Source: Azolla caroliniana
Lineage: Eukaryota; Plantae; Polypodiophyta
DNA length: 64,000 nucleotides
Direction of reading: 5' to 3'
Assembly (NCBI GenBank): GCA_043228905.1
Contig: JBHGNT010000011.1
Location: 3,906,001 to 3,970,000 of the forward strand
The notes beneath the pieces are model-generated. The model did not search any database, was not told the origin of the DNA, and saw only the letters and a list, made by a program, of their open reading frames with translations. The position numbers and the translations under genes are program-made. The stretch's first letter is position 1; every line of letters begins with the position of its first letter. Below are positions 1 through 13,050 of the stretch, piece after piece.

Positions 1-30
1 CTCTTTCTCTCTCTCTCTCTCTCTATTTCA

Positions 31-115
31 CTAGATGCCACTGTGGAATGTAGGGGTTAAACCCATGACCACTTGGTCTCCATTGGGCAACCTTACCAAC
101 TTAGCTACATCTATT
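31..115 (-). mobile_element. tRNA-derived SINE-like repeat
   Basis: The reverse complement reads gtagctaagttggtaagg...catgggtttaacccc...ccacagtggcat (A-box/B-box-like). A homologous copy lies on + at 1628-1706. Confidence 0.55.
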
Positions 116-116
116 T

Positions 117-120
<4 letters not shown>

Positions 121-194
<74 letters not shown>
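121..194. repeat. (CT)n microsatellite
   Basis: Directly visible. Confidence 0.95.
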
Positions 195-199
<5 letters not shown>

Positions 200-571
200 T
201 TGCCATTCAAACCATTGCTTCCATGTGACTTAGCTCACATGCATTGTGATGTGAGATGGGGCGTTGGGGCACAAGTGACGAGAGTGGCCAGCTACGCACA
301 CTTTGCCCTAAACAAGTTCAAGAGTTTGAGCATCACATTTTGATACAATGCTCTGCCTTTGATCATATTCGATTGAGCCCTATCCTTGCATGAATTTCTC
401 TCACAACCACAATGCGCACTCTCGATTGCAACATTCATTGGTAAAGTTCTTAAACATCGAGAGTCACTACTCACTTTCACACGTATCACGTGAAATGTAA
501 TATTTTTGGTCCCATAGGTCATATTTGACCTCCAAAGACAATAATATAATCTATCTATCTATCTATCTATC
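195..571 (+). mobile_element. RTE-like LINE 3' end with (ATCT)n tail
   Basis: Homologous to the 3' ends at 21960-22335 and 36500-36912. Ends catatttgacctccaaagacaataat followed by (ATCT)n. Confidence 0.8.
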
Positions 572-888
572 CAAGCCACTCTCTCTTGTGGACGATATAG
601 AATCTATTCTATTCTATTGTCTTTAGTTCCAAAATTCATGTTATTGGCCATTCAAGAGAGATAGAAGACGATCATCATCGTTTTGATCATCATCTTCTTC
701 GTGATCGTGATCATGTTCATCTCTCTCTCTCTCTCTCTAGGAAACCCAATAAACCCAAAATCCCCCATCCCCATTCCCACCCAAGCCAAGCCAAGCCAAC
801 CTAGTCCAAAGTTCTTACATTAACATATTTTGTTTATGATGAGATGGATGATACTTTTGGTAGGTAGAGAGTAGAAGTATAGTAACAT

Positions 889-959
889 ACATATATATAT
901 ATACATATACATATACATATATACATATACATATACATATATACATATACATACATACA

Positions 960-1040
<81 letters not shown>
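889..1040. repeat. Compound (ATATAC)n/(AT)n/(AG)n microsatellite
   Basis: Directly visible. Confidence 0.95.
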
Positions 1041-1043
<3 letters not shown>

Positions 1044-1560
1044 AAACATGCGGGGTGGCAGTCTCATCTTCCATTTCATGCAAAGGTGTTTCTTTGGCAT
1101 GCTTTAGTTGAAGAAGATGTTTTTTTGTAGGGTGGTTGAAGAAGATGTCAGACATAGGTTCATTACATGTCCGGTTGCTAAAGCCATTTGGGTGATTATA
1201 TCACAAATTTGGGCATTAATAACTAGAAATATTATGCCGCCTTATAACTGGGTTTTTATTGATAAGGATAAAGCTATGCATGCACCATCATATAAGGTTG
1301 TGTTTGACTACCTTAGATATTGGTGGATGTGGTTTAATTGGACCATGAGAAATGGGTTCTTGTTTGATGGACTTGATGGGGTAGGTAACACAACAACTTC
1401 GTAGGATGAAAGGGAAGTTGATTTGGCAATTTTCACAACTATGTTGTATGGGGATGTTGTCTCGAGAGGAGATAGACTTATGTAATCTAGTTTTACAACA
1501 CTTGAGAGGGTTTCCTTTGCACTATCACTATTTATGAAGTAATAAGGGTTGTATTATTAT
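1041..1560 (+). mobile_element. Degenerate L1-like LINE 3' fragment (zf-RVT-like)
   Basis: ORF 1108-1404 contains [22 protein letters not shown], a CxxxEEx2HxFxxCxxAxxIW zf-RVT pattern. A related fragment lies at about 4975-5330. Confidence 0.65.
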
Positions 1561-1627
1561 CTTGTTTTAATTACAAACAATGATTTACAAAAGAGGGAGA
1601 GAGAGAGAGAGAGAGAATCAAGACAAA

Positions 1628-1706
1628 TGTAGCTCAGTTGGTAAGGTTGCCCAATGGAGATCTACTATAGATCATGGGTTCAACCCTGACATTCCACAGT
1701 GGCATG
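1628..1706 (+). mobile_element. tRNA-derived SINE-like repeat
   Basis: A-box tagctcagttggtaag and B-box ggttcaaccc. No complete cloverleaf. Paralog at 31-115. Confidence 0.6.
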
Positions 1707-1747
1707 ATCTAGTGAATTAAGAGAGATATGTTTGAAGTATGTAATAG

Positions 1748-1826
1748 AGAGGTGAGGAAATTAGGTTTCGAACCCAAGACATAGAGCTTGTAGGGTAACA
1801 ACTTACTACTAGGGCGAGCTACATAC
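1748..1826 (-). mobile_element. Second tRNA-like/SINE-like segment
   Basis: The reverse complement has gtagctcgccctagtagtaag and a B-box gggttcgaaacc. Confidence 0.45.
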
Positions 1827-2331
1827 GATAAAGAAAAAAAAGAGTGGGAGAGAAAGAGACATATATATATATATATATATGTACACATCTTCAAACTGGA
1901 GCGGGGTATTTTTGGGAATTTCCAAAATAGTGAGGTAAAAGGAAACGTGGGAGGGGTATTCTGGGAAATTCTCCAAAACCAATACGAAATAAGAGAGAGA
2001 GAGAAGAGAGTCTCTTCTTCTTTCTTCTTTCTTCTTCCTCTTGCCCCCCCCATTCAACAGAGCACACAAGAAAGACGAAGGTTTTTGTCAGTTTTTTGCA
2101 GTTCTTGTTGAGAGAGCAGAGCAGAGCATCTCGAGAGCAGAGTCGTCTCTTTCTAATACATACATTATACAGTTCTCTCCTCCTCCTCCTCCTCCTCCTC
2201 TTCCATAGCCCATACCTAAAGAAGTCTTTGAGTCGTCTCTTTCTAATACTTACATTATACAGTTTCTCCATGGCCGACTAATCTTTCTGTAGAACTCAGA
2301 GAGAGAGAGACAGAGAGGGGAAAAAGAAGAA

Positions 2332-4939
2332 ATGGGTTGTGGGTTTTCTAGTCACCAGAAGAGTGCAGAGATTAGGTGCAGGGAAAGAGAGCAATGGATG
2401 AAAGAGTGTGTGAAGAGACAACATGCTTATGCAGCCGCCCATGCCGCCTACCTCCGCTCCCTCAAAGACACAGGTGCAGCCCTCCGACAGTTCGGTGACA
2501 ACCAGAATGACTCTAACTTTGCTACTGTAGCACCCCTGTTTACTGATTCGGCAGTGCCCAATTCGGCCTCGGCCGACATGGCTACCTCGCGCTTTGGCAA
2601 ATTGCAAAGAAACCCCTCGGCCCGCAAAAGCTTGTCTTACTTCCCTCCCCCCTTCCCTCACTTCCTCCTCACCCCTTCTTCTTCTTCGACACCCTTCTTC
2701 TTGAGGAACCATAGCCCCGCTGCACAGAAGATGCATAGCCTCGCCAAGAGCTTCATTCCTTCGCTCCCGAGAAAGCTCACCTTCACGGAAGACAATGCGA
2801 TCAAACCACCCCCTCCTTTCCCTGCAGAGCTAGCCAGCCTCACCACTACCACATCCCCTTCTCCTCCGGCCTCGGTGGTTTCTTCTCAATGGGAGGAGGA
2901 TCTCTTTAACAATGTCTTCCCACCACATCAAGGCTCTCCGACTGTGGAAGCCAAATGCGAACAGGATGATGATTCTGGTCGTGGCACCCCAGGCCTAAAG
3001 GTGGATGCCAAGTGTGAATATGAGGACCACACCCCAGACAATGCTGAGTCTGGGAAGTGGAGAATGCTTCAAGTATCTTCTTCTCCTTCTTCGACTAATG
3101 GAAACTGTAAAGGGGAACTAGCCCATGGGAAAATTCCCTCCACTGATCGCCATACCTTGGCTTATGCTCTGAGACAGCTCGATGACTTCTTCATGGATGC
3201 ATACGGAAGTGGGAGGGATGTGGCTAGGCTTCTTGAAGGGCAGAGAACACATTATCATCAGAATCCTGCGGGCGCTACTGGTATTCATGTTTTACCTTTA
3301 ACTTGCTAGAATGTTGTTTTCCATCGATTGCTATAGGATTTTGAGATGGGCTTATATGATGCGGGATGAATGTGTACATCATAAGCTTTTATCTCCTCTG
3401 TACATAGGTGCATTCAGTGTTTTGCTTGTTAGAGTGTTGTTTACATAAATTGTTATACAATGTGAGATGATGAATATATGCATCATTTTGCTAGTAATTT
3501 TTTTAAGCTGTTCTCTACTTGTGTGCATACGATATTATTCTGCTTGCTAGAATGATGTTTTCCTCAGTATTTTAATATCTTTTGGGAGGAGCATATACCA
3601 CACGAACAATGTATCCAGGAAGTTTTGAGCTCATCTCCATGTGTGCATTCAATCTTTTGCGGATTACAATAATGTTTTCCTCAGATTATTGTGTCACCTG
3701 GTATTAGAATGTTGTTTTCACAGATTATTATGTTGTTTGATGGGGGCATATAATGGGTGGTGAATGCACATTGTACTCTAGTAAGTTTTTTAGTTCATCT
3801 CTATTGGTGTATTATTTGATGGTGGTATATGATACATGATAGATGTACATTGTATTCTAGTAAGTTTTTTAGCTTTTTCACATATGATGGTTGATGAATG
3901 TAGACATCATATTCTAGTATGTTTGGTGGTGACGTTCTCACATATTGGCACATCTCTTTAGAGGGGCAAGTGATGCATGCTGAATTATATGTTTTAGTTC
4001 ACCGCTATTTGTATACATGCAAGTTTTTGATTGTTAGGTGGATATCTTTGCAGTTTATTGTATTGTTTTAGAGTTCAAAATATGACCTATGAGACCAAAA
4101 ATGTTGAATTTTCACATAACACATGTGCAAGTGAGTAGCGACTCTTGATGCACAAGAACTTTAGTAATGAATATTCGCAATTGAGATTTGGTTTGGTCGA
4201 AGATGTCTCAAAAGCATAGTCCAATGTGATCAAAGACAACGTATTGTATCAAAATGTGATAACCAGACTCCTGAACTTGTTTAGGCAAAGTGTGCATAGT
4301 CAACTAATGTCATCACTTGTGCCCCAATGCCGGGTTCATATTGTAGTGAGTGTGAGTTATGTTTTATGGAAGAAATGGTTATAGATTGGGGCACAATAGG
4401 ATAGGCTCTAACATATATTGATGTGTGGTTTGCCTGTTCGAAGAAGAATGGTTTTGTTGCTAGATGCAACATATGTAATATAATGTATGAAACTTGAGGC
4501 TCCATATTTTTCCCATGTCATGAGACATTGGCATTGCATAAAGGCATCATTCACAAAGGAATCTATTGATGCATCATGAAGCGTGTTGTATCCATCGCCC
4601 AAACCAATTTTCCAGATATTGTATCTAATTAGCACAAAATTTTGCTGTTAGGTGTCTTTTGGATCTTTTGGCTTGCTTGCAATGCGATTCTAGGAAGTTG
4701 ATGAGGGGCTTTTTTGGACCTTAAGCATGTATTCGACAATCCTTTCCATGGCCATGATCTCAATGGGAAGTGATCCCATCTCATGAAGTAGGAGGGTGTG
4801 TGGTGTTTGTCTCTTGGCTTGGAGAAACTTTGTAAGAAAATGCTTCTTGACATTTTCAAACTCTTTCTAAGTGGACTTTCTAGAGATAGATAGATAGATT
4901 GTATTATCATCTTCGGAGGTCAAATATGACCTATGTGTG

Positions 4940-4978
<39 letters not shown>

Positions 4979-6829
4979 AATGCCCTATTGTTCATACCAT
5001 TTGGAAGTGTTTATTAGAGATTTGCCAAGTATTGACTGGTTATAAATATTTGAGGTCTACAGAATGGGTCTTGGAGATCATATTCTAATTCTTGTGTTAT
5101 TGGGGGCTACAACGTAATTGGAATATGCATAATACTTTTATGTTTGATGGACATGGATTTAAAGCATATATTAGGAAGTTGAAAGGTATTCTAATGGGGC
5201 AGTTTTGGGTATTGGAGAATGTGAGGATTGTTTCCTCAAGTGCATATTTAAATTTTTTGATGGTTCTAGATAATGTACCTCTACCTCAATTGAGAGGGTT
5301 GAATGGTTGTAACAATGATGTTTACATCAATTAATATAATTGTATGCTTTACCAAAGACACACACACACAGATATATAGATATATATACACACGGAGAAA
5401 GAGATAGACTCATGAGTGCTCTTGGACTTGAAGGGTCTCTCAAGCATTCATCACGGGTCCACAGAGTAATGAGTTGGGGCCGGTATACGCATATGGATGG
5501 AGAATATGCTATTACTAATGGGGAGAATGGCGATGTATCTTGCAACGGGAAAGAAACTCATGCATCCACATTAGACAAGCTCTTGGCATGGGAGAAAAAG
5601 CTCCATGAGGAAGTTAAGGTATAAATGATCATATCCATTGGATCTATGCTCTTAACATTTTCCTGAAGGCATCAAACAATATAATGGAAATGTTCACAGG
5701 TTGGAGAAGTACTCAGGATTCAGTTGGAGAAGAAGTCACTGCAGCTAAAGAAACAAAAGAAACGTGAAGAGGGCTCTGCCATTGTGAGCAAAACCAAAGC
5801 GTCAGTTAAGAGCTTACATACAAGATATTTGGTTGAGATTCAGGCAGTGGATGCTGCATCCAATGAAGTTGAAAAGCTTCGAGACAGTTTCTTACATTCA
5901 CAATTAGTCGAACTTGTACAACAGTGAGTGGATTGAATTGACTAAATGGGTATGGTTTGAACTCCATAATTGTTTTTTCACTTATTTTCAACCTTGTTGC
6001 TTGTAAATGGCGTTGAAATAGGTCCATGCTAATGTGGAAAACTATGCTAGCTTGCCATCAACAACAATGCCGATTGATTGAGGATTTGAAATTAGACACT
6101 TCTTGCGCTCCGGCAAAGACAACTGATTTTCACCTAAAAAATACATTGCAACTTGAAAGTGAGTTTGAAAATTGGCAGAGGAACCTAGAGAATCTGGTTG
6201 CTACTCAAAAATATTACTTGAATTCAATGTGCAAATGGCTGCTTCTTCACATTATTGAAATCGAAACTGATGGAAAACGGATGCCTGACTCACCCGTAAA
6301 GATGAGCTCTCCTCCTGTATATGAATTTGCGAAAGCATGGTTCGAAGCATTAAAGCATATTAATAGTGATGCCTCTTTGCATGCTATGAAGCAATTCTCC
6401 AATCTCATACATGAGCTTAAATTACAGCAAACAGAAGAGCTAAAGCAAAAAAAGAAGCTAGACCAGCTAAAGAAGCAGCTAGAGAAGAAAGAACACGCCT
6501 TGAAGGTTCATATGATGAAACAAGATGAAAAACAGTCTGAGGAGGTCATAAATACCACAGAAAATAGCTTAACCAAAGCCATTGAGGCTTCAGTGAAGCT
6601 TCTCAAGGAGAGAGTGGAATCAGAGAAAGACAAGTATGAGAAAATGTGTATGAAGAGTGGTAACATGACACTGATTAGTCTGCAAAAAGGGCTTCCACCT
6701 GTCTTAAATGCCATGAAGGATTTTGCAAATAGCTACTGTCAACATTACACAAATTTGTTCTTTCTTACAATGCCAGAAGGTGCCCCAATACAAAGAGAAC
6801 CAATACCAGTGCTACAAATAACTCTATGA
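2332..6829 (+). CDS. DUF630/DUF632 protein (NRG2/REL2/APSR1-like), 4 exons: 2332-3280, 5434-5618, 5700-5923, 6022-6829
   Basis: N-terminus MGCxxS...CRERxQWMKECVKRQHAYAAAHAAYLRSLKDTGAAL (DUF630). DUF632 motifs LDDFF, HASTLDKLLAWEKKLHEEVK and MWKTMLACHQQQ. GT-AG boundaries are phase-consistent (1, 0, 2). Confidence 0.93.
4070..4935 (-). mobile_element. RTE-like LINE fragments in intron 1 of the DUF632 gene
   Basis: Reverse complement of the RTE 3' region (FENVKKHF, LPIEIMAMER). A second 3' terminus with (GATA)n lies at about 4885-4935. Confidence 0.75.
4975..5330 (+). mobile_element. Degenerate L1-like LINE 3' fragment
   Basis: CPIVHTIW...WNMHNTFMFDG, similar to 1108-1404. Confidence 0.5.
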
Positions 6830-8273
6830 AGCGTCTTGACCCATATAAGTGAAACATGTGGATGTAGATTGTTATTTCACTTGATACTGGTATAAGATCT
6901 TGCCTTTGTTTTGGATTATGATAGTGTAAGCCCTGTTTCTTCAGAGCAATTGATAATGGGGTTGGGGTGGCATCATATGACTAGTATGTGATGCAGATTG
7001 GAGAATGTGGCCTTTCCATTGATCATATCTAAAAGCATCTACATTGTTCGTATCGAGCTACAGATATTTTGTAATGCAAAGCTTCGTATTAAAAACATGT
7101 CTTTTGGATGATGTCTCAATATCCAGTTCCGAATGATCATTTATATGCAAGTTCCTCTGATAGATAGATTGTCCATCTATTACGATGACCAAATTTTGAT
7201 TTTTACAGAAATATGGTGGTTTCATTTTGTTTTTTAATTTCTTAATTGGAAATTTAATTTATAATTATGTCCTTTAGTTGCAGGATGGGCCATTCAATTA
7301 CTGCCTCTAATCTCATATCCTTTCTATTGGCAACCACTATCACTCTCTCTAACTTGATGGGCTGTTTTATTACCACCCACTGCCATACACAGACATGGTG
7401 GCTTCTTACTTCAACAATGTTCGTTTGTTGGCAAGGGTGAACATTGATGAACACTATGTTTGTTTGATTATACATTAAGCAGACAGGGAACCATCTAAGT
7501 GCTGCCAGTCTTAATGCAATCTCCAATTGCAAATGTGCAAATGTGAGTTTGGAAATGAATATAGAGGATTTTATATCGCAGGAACTCTGAAGTAGCCCCA
7601 CATTCGCAACGACCATAGTTGTGGACAACTTTGTTTACTTTTACAACTCTGAAGTATCCACAGTAGCAACCATTTTGATGGAGAGCCTATTCAATTTGTT
7701 TGAATGATAATAGGTTCAAATGGAAAGTTTAACTGATTCCTCAGTTACCAATCGATTTGTCATTGCTAGAATCTTTCCAACATTATAAAGTTCTTGATGA
7801 TTGGTTTGAGAAAGCTAGAGGTAGTAGCAGATAGCAAGGAACAATAACCGATGGAAGAGAATCAGAAATTTGATGAAATTAAAGGCCCAGGGGAGAGCTA
7901 GGACATTACAATTGCATGATTTCCTGAATATTGATTCTGAAGCATTGTGAGATTTAGTTCTTCTTTTCAGTAATGCATTGAAATACACTCACCATAAAGA
8001 TAATAAACCGTGAGAAATACAATCACCATAAAATGACCAAATGAAAGGGCTGCATCTATAGTCACTTCAATTTATTGTCATGAGATGCAGCCCTTTCAAT
8101 TTGTTGTCATGGTCCTATGTTTACTTATAAATCCCCCTACACAGTGTGCAAGAACTCACAAATTTAGAATGTCTTATATGGGCTGTTTCACCTAGCACAT
8201 AAATATATCATCACCATCCTTCAAGTACGTGACACATTTCACTCACAACATAAGAGTTTAAATGCTGGCCAGA

Positions 8274-10751
8274 CTATTGAGGTGATATACTGAAAAACTT
8301 TGTACCAAGCTGTATATTGCCATAGGTTCTACATGCAGCAAGAAAACTTGTCAAACCAATGATGCCAACAGGACTTGATATACTGCATAACACCTCTTCA
8401 GCTTCACTTAAACAACCTGAGCGACATAAAAGATCAACCAAAAGGTTGATATTCTCATTACACTGTGTTATCCCGTAAGTCTCACTCATGACTTCAAAGT
8501 ATAGTCTCCCATCCTTTACCCTGCCTAATTGGCTGCACACACCAAGGACAGTGGCATGGGTTCTCTCCTTTGGCTTCAAACCTTGCTCACAAATTTGATC
8601 TAAGCATTGCAAGGCCTCATCATGTTTGCCATGTTTAGCATAGGCTGCCATCATTGAATTCCACGATACTATGTTTTGTGTTGGCAAATGCTTGAAAACC
8701 CTGTTTGCTGCATTTAAGTTGCCACATTTCCCATACATGTGAATTAGTGATGTTGCCACATCCATATGTGAGTCATATCCATTGAATATAATTTCATTAT
8801 GTAATTGTTTTCCTAGTCCTAAAGCCCCAAGCCTACCACATGCTCGCAAAAGGCTCAAATATGTGATTTTATCTGGGTGTAAACCATTTCTTTGTATTTT
8901 AGAAAGACATTCAAAAGCAGCAAGAGAGTTTGCATTCTGGAGATATCCTTCTATTATGCAATTCCATGGAACTATGTTTTGATTTGGAATTTGATCCAAA
9001 ACCTTCTTGGCTTCTTCTACATTACCACATTTCGCATACATATTTACAAGGGCACTCACAACAATTAAATCAGAATTAAGCCCATTTTTAATAATGTGCT
9101 CATGCACAATCCTACCTTCCTTAGCAATGGTACATAATTTCAAGACATTTGATAGCACAACCCTATTCAGCGTGCAGCCTATTGTTTGCATGTTTTCAAA
9201 CAGTTCAAAAGCACAGAGGTTATGCTCATGTTGTGCATAACCACATATCATGGCAGCAAATAAAACAGTATCATTATCTTCAAACTCATCAAACACCTTT
9301 TGTGAATCAATCAAATTCCCACATTTTGAATACATGTTTAAGAGGCTGCTCCTAACTTCCTTCTCTGATTCCATGCCTCTTACTATTATCGCCTTATGTA
9401 TGAGTCGACCATAGGTCAGTAACTCCACATATCCACAGGCTTTTAGGGTGAGGATAAATGTGAGGATATCTGGTGTTATTCCCTCATGCTGCATTTTTCC
9501 TAGAAGCTCTAGCACTAAGAAGCTCTGCCCATAATCAGCATATCTTTCTATTATCACATTCCAAGCCACAACATTCTTATATGGCAAGCTTACAAATATC
9601 TTAACCATCTCTTCGAGACATCCCCATTTTGCATAGAGGTCTAGAAGTGTACATCCAAGGTTTGTGTCGATCTCAACTCCATCTCGAATCAGTAGATCAT
9701 GTGCACACCTCCCTTCATAGATGGCCCCGATGCTGCTACATGATTTGAGAATAGACGAATAGATGAAATTATCTGGCAGTACAGATTCCTTCAGCAGTTC
9801 ATTGAAAAGCATCAAAGATACATAGCCTTGACCATGTTGGGCATAACCTGCTATGAGTGCTCCCCATGATACAACGTTCCGAGTTGGTAATCGATCGAAC
9901 AATTGTTGTGCCTCAACAAGATGGCCAGACTTTGCATACATATCAAGAAGACAACTCCCAATAATGACATTCATGTCGAGACCCATGCTAACTATCTGTT
10001 CATGGATGAGTTTACCCTGCCTCATAGCACCAACAATGCAACAAGATTTAAGAGCAGACAGAAACAAAGATCTATCTGGCACTAGACCTTGTGTTTGCAT
10101 TTCCTCCAATAAGTCAAGGGCCATAAGACCATGTCCATGTTGCACATATCCCGATATCATCGCTCCCCATAAAACAATATTGCAACAATCAGCGGAAATC
10201 TTATGGAAAATGCAATGAGCTTCATCAAGACTTTGGCATTTGGCATACATAGTGATGAGGCCACCTCTTAGAACCGCATTAGTTTCCACTCCAAATCTAG
10301 TAATAAAACCATGAATAACCCTACCTTGACCTAATGCCCTCAAGTCACAACAAGCTTTAAGAGCGAGTGAGAAAGTAAGTGCGCTGCACTGTATATTATT
10401 CTCAAGTGCATGCATTTTGTGGAAAAGGGAAATGACACATTTGTTCTCTCTATGTACATAGTATGAAGAGAGGATTGAATGCCATGTCAAAGCAGGGCAT
10501 GGCTCTGTTATGCAACAAAATGCCAAATTTCCTTCTAGTAATGTTCCTCCACATGTGACAAACATATGAATGAGATGGGTGCCTATGTTGGCCATATATG
10601 CAAACCCATTAATGATGGCATGCGCATGTAGTTTTCTCCCAAGCACCATATCCTTATTTGACGTGCATTGCTTGAGTGCAGAAATGAAAGAAGAAACAGA
10701 TTGAGGACGGTTACCTCGAGGGTGCAGAAAACCTTCAAGCTCTCCCTCCAT
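8274..10751 (-). CDS. PLS-class pentatricopeptide repeat protein (organellar RNA-editing factor family), ending in a truncated E region, no DYW
   Basis: Uninterrupted ORF of about 825 aa with repeated P-L-S triplets (LLDMYAKSG..EAQQLFD.LP.RNVVSWGALIAGYAQHG) and C-terminal LVDLLCRSG..EAEE..LAACRTYGN. First in-frame ATG at 10751. An upstream exon is possible (ctgtag acceptor-like sequence near 10778). Confidence 0.92.
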   Translation of the reverse strand: MEGELEGFLHPRGNRPQSVSSFISALKQCTSNKDMVLGRKLHAHAIINGFAYMANIGTHLIHMFVTCGGTLLEGNLAFCCITEPCPALTWHSILSSYYVHRENKCVISLFHKMHALENNIQCSALTFSLALKACCDLRALGQGRVIHGFITRFGVETNAVLRGGLITMYAKCQSLDEAHCIFHKISADCCNIVLWGAMISGYVQHGHGLMALDLLEEMQTQGLVPDRSLFLSALKSCCIVGAMRQGKLIHEQIVSMGLDMNVIIGSCLLDMYAKSGHLVEAQQLFDRLPTRNVVSWGALIAGYAQHGQGYVSLMLFNELLKESVLPDNFIYSSILKSCSSIGAIYEGRCAHDLLIRDGVEIDTNLGCTLLDLYAKWGCLEEMVKIFVSLPYKNVVAWNVIIERYADYGQSFLVLELLGKMQHEGITPDILTFILTLKACGYVELLTYGRLIHKAIIVRGMESEKEVRSSLLNMYSKCGNLIDSQKVFDEFEDNDTVLFAAMICGYAQHEHNLCAFELFENMQTIGCTLNRVVLSNVLKLCTIAKEGRIVHEHIIKNGLNSDLIVVSALVNMYAKCGNVEEAKKVLDQIPNQNIVPWNCIIEGYLQNANSLAAFECLSKIQRNGLHPDKITYLSLLRACGRLGALGLGKQLHNEIIFNGYDSHMDVATSLIHMYGKCGNLNAANRVFKHLPTQNIVSWNSMMAAYAKHGKHDEALQCLDQICEQGLKPKERTHATVLGVCSQLGRVKDGRLYFEVMSETYGITQCNENINLLVDLLCRSGCLSEAEEVLCSISSPVGIIGLTSFLAACRTYGNIQLGTKFFSISPQ

Positions 10752-11149
10752 GGCCACATCTTGGAAGGAGCTCAAATCTACAGGCTCATGATGATTGTGA
10801 TGTTATCAATGAATTCAGATCAAAAGATCAGACCATGAAATTTGTTGGCCCAAAGTGCAGAGTGTCCCCCATGGAAATCCCACATTTATTGGTCGCCAGA
10901 GAAATGTGGCGTCGGACAATTAGGCACACGATTAGCAAGAGTTTGATTGTGGAATAAGAATGACAAAGATTTAATGGAAAATGAACTTGATTACAAGAAA
11001 ATAACCGATGGGGTTTAGGGTAAGTAGATCACAATTTTCATGTTTGTGGACTCTAATCCTATCGGTTTGAAACCCTAAATCTACTATTGAGGTATCCTCA
11101 ACATTCTCTCTAGCTATGTAGCTTCCGATCTTGAGATAACACTGAGCTT

Positions 11150-11754
11150 GCTAGGGGAGTTTATGTAAAAACTCTACCGTAATTTTTTAGCATCTACAAG
11201 TTGTGTTCAACAACAATGCCAAAGGATGTGTGTAGCTTCCTCCCTATTACTACAAATGGACAAGATGCAAAAGAGCAATATGAAATTGAAAGAAGAAAGA
11301 ATAATGTTGTTATTAGAGGCATGCTAGAGGATGAATCAGAGAATGCACTTTCTCTTGTAGAGAATATTATGAAATTCTTTGAAGATTGTTTTGCTATGGG
11401 AGATGTTACGGTATATGCCAGACACAAGGTTGATAAGAAAAGTTAACACAGAGCATTTTGCTGAGGAATTGTTTGTACAATCCTAGATGAATGCAAAAGC
11501 GCTATCATCTTATATAGTATGTTTGTACTATCCTAGATGAACACAAAAGAGCTATCATCTTAGATAGTAGTAGGGGTAGAACATGATAGTAGATTTGAGT
11601 TAGAACGTGATAGTCCTTTCACAGATTTATGTCAAAACATACTTGTTTTAGAGAAGCTTGGTAAAGTATTGATTATGGGAGACTTTAATGTTAGAGTTGG
11701 AAAATACCAAAATATGGAATTAGCGGAAGAAAATATAGTGGATCCTTGTCTATT
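11150..11754 (+). mobile_element. LINE ORF1 and AP-endonuclease remnant
   Basis: EIERRKNNVVIRGMLEDESE (LINE ORF1 RRM-adjacent motif) and KVLIMGDFNVRVG (APE GDFN motif) near 11660-11700. Confidence 0.65.
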
Positions 11755-11755
11755 A

Positions 11756-13050
11756 TGTGACGGATTATGTCATAATACAATCCTTAAGGTAGGATATCAA
11801 CACATTTGAACGTGTGTTGGTGGACATAAAAGATTTAGTTTCCCATGTAATTCTTGGTTTTGTTGGCCAGTGGCTGCCAAGTATGGCAGGAGGAAGAGGT
11901 GAGCTAGTTCCTAGAAATATAATTAAATAACTATGAATTATGTTAAGAACGAACGGATTCGGAAGAGGTATGCCATTTCGGATTCGGGCCGATTCATAGC
12001 CGGTTGCCGGTTAGGCACCGTTTTGTAGCACAGACCGGATGCCTATAAAAGGATCTGGTTATCATTGTATGAATGACGGAACATTAATGTAAGAGCAGGA
12101 GTAACACATTTTTGGCGACCACGATTCCTGCAGAAAGTAGCGAACAACGGGGGGATGGATGACTAGGCCAACGAACGACCCAGTCGCCAAATGAGGAAAA
12201 AGACTGCTTGAGAGACTGTGGAAGCGGGAGGCTTACCAATAGGTGACTGAGGAGATCCGGTCGGATCGGTCTTTTTCCAGAGTGATTCGGCGGGTCGTGG
12301 AGGAGTCACTCCAGTTACAACACAATCCATCCTACAGACCCTCACAGCGGGTGAGGGAGATTCGGGAGCGTTCTCGGCTATTGAATCGGATTCGGACTGG
12401 GAGCATAGTGCTCAGTCCAATTATCGGAGCAGTCACGACACCTTGGAAAGCCCGAAAGACGACGGTTTGGAAAACCTATTGACGCCCGAACCGGAAATGA
12501 CAAAACCGGCATCCCCAATCAACGAAGCAATGCTGGACGAGCAAGTACCGATACCACCACACAACCAAGTGGAGATTCAAGAGGAACGGGCTCCGATACC
12601 ACCTCCCGAGTCACCAAAGAAACAAGAGGAGCAGGTATCGACACCACCTTTGTTGGCCGGCAAGGCCAAAGGGCCGGTTAGAGTCCAGAATGTGAAAGGG
12701 GTATTTAATTAGGGATAGGGAGTTGTAATTAATAAGTATTATGTTATTTTGAGAAGCAGGCGGATGGACCCAGAATCGGTATGCCGATTCGGATCTGGAC
12801 TGGATCGTTGCCGGTTGCCGGTTGGCACTAGTTTGTAACTCAACCGGAGACCTATAAAAGGACCCGACAAGAATGTAATCAGTGACGGATAATTAATAGA
12901 AGTGCTACTGTTTTACATATTGTTTAATGTCTATTTGGTTACCGTTCTGTGCTTAATATAATTAATCTTACGCGTGTGTTACGATCATTAACAGTGCCGG
13001 TTAGTAACCGGTTAAGACCCATTCGATACCACGATCTATCCATATCTCAC
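11756..13050 (+). mobile_element. LTR retrotransposon remnant: LTR-like 11756-~12107, PBS-like tggcgacc, related LTR-like segment ~12720-12905
   Basis: TG start and ...taacaca|tttttggcgacc junction. Diverged direct repeat 11920-12110 vs 12725-12905, both with cctataaaagga. Confidence 0.5.

Noticed and set aside
35-1155. ORFs with [12 protein letters not shown] runs
   Set aside because: Translations of microsatellites.
1628-1706. Functional tRNA gene
   Set aside because: The acceptor and anticodon stems do not close convincingly, and there is a diverged dispersed paralog.
7254-7628. 124-aa ORF as a downstream (DYW) exon of the PPR gene
   Set aside because: No HxE/CxxC deaminase or PG-box motifs.
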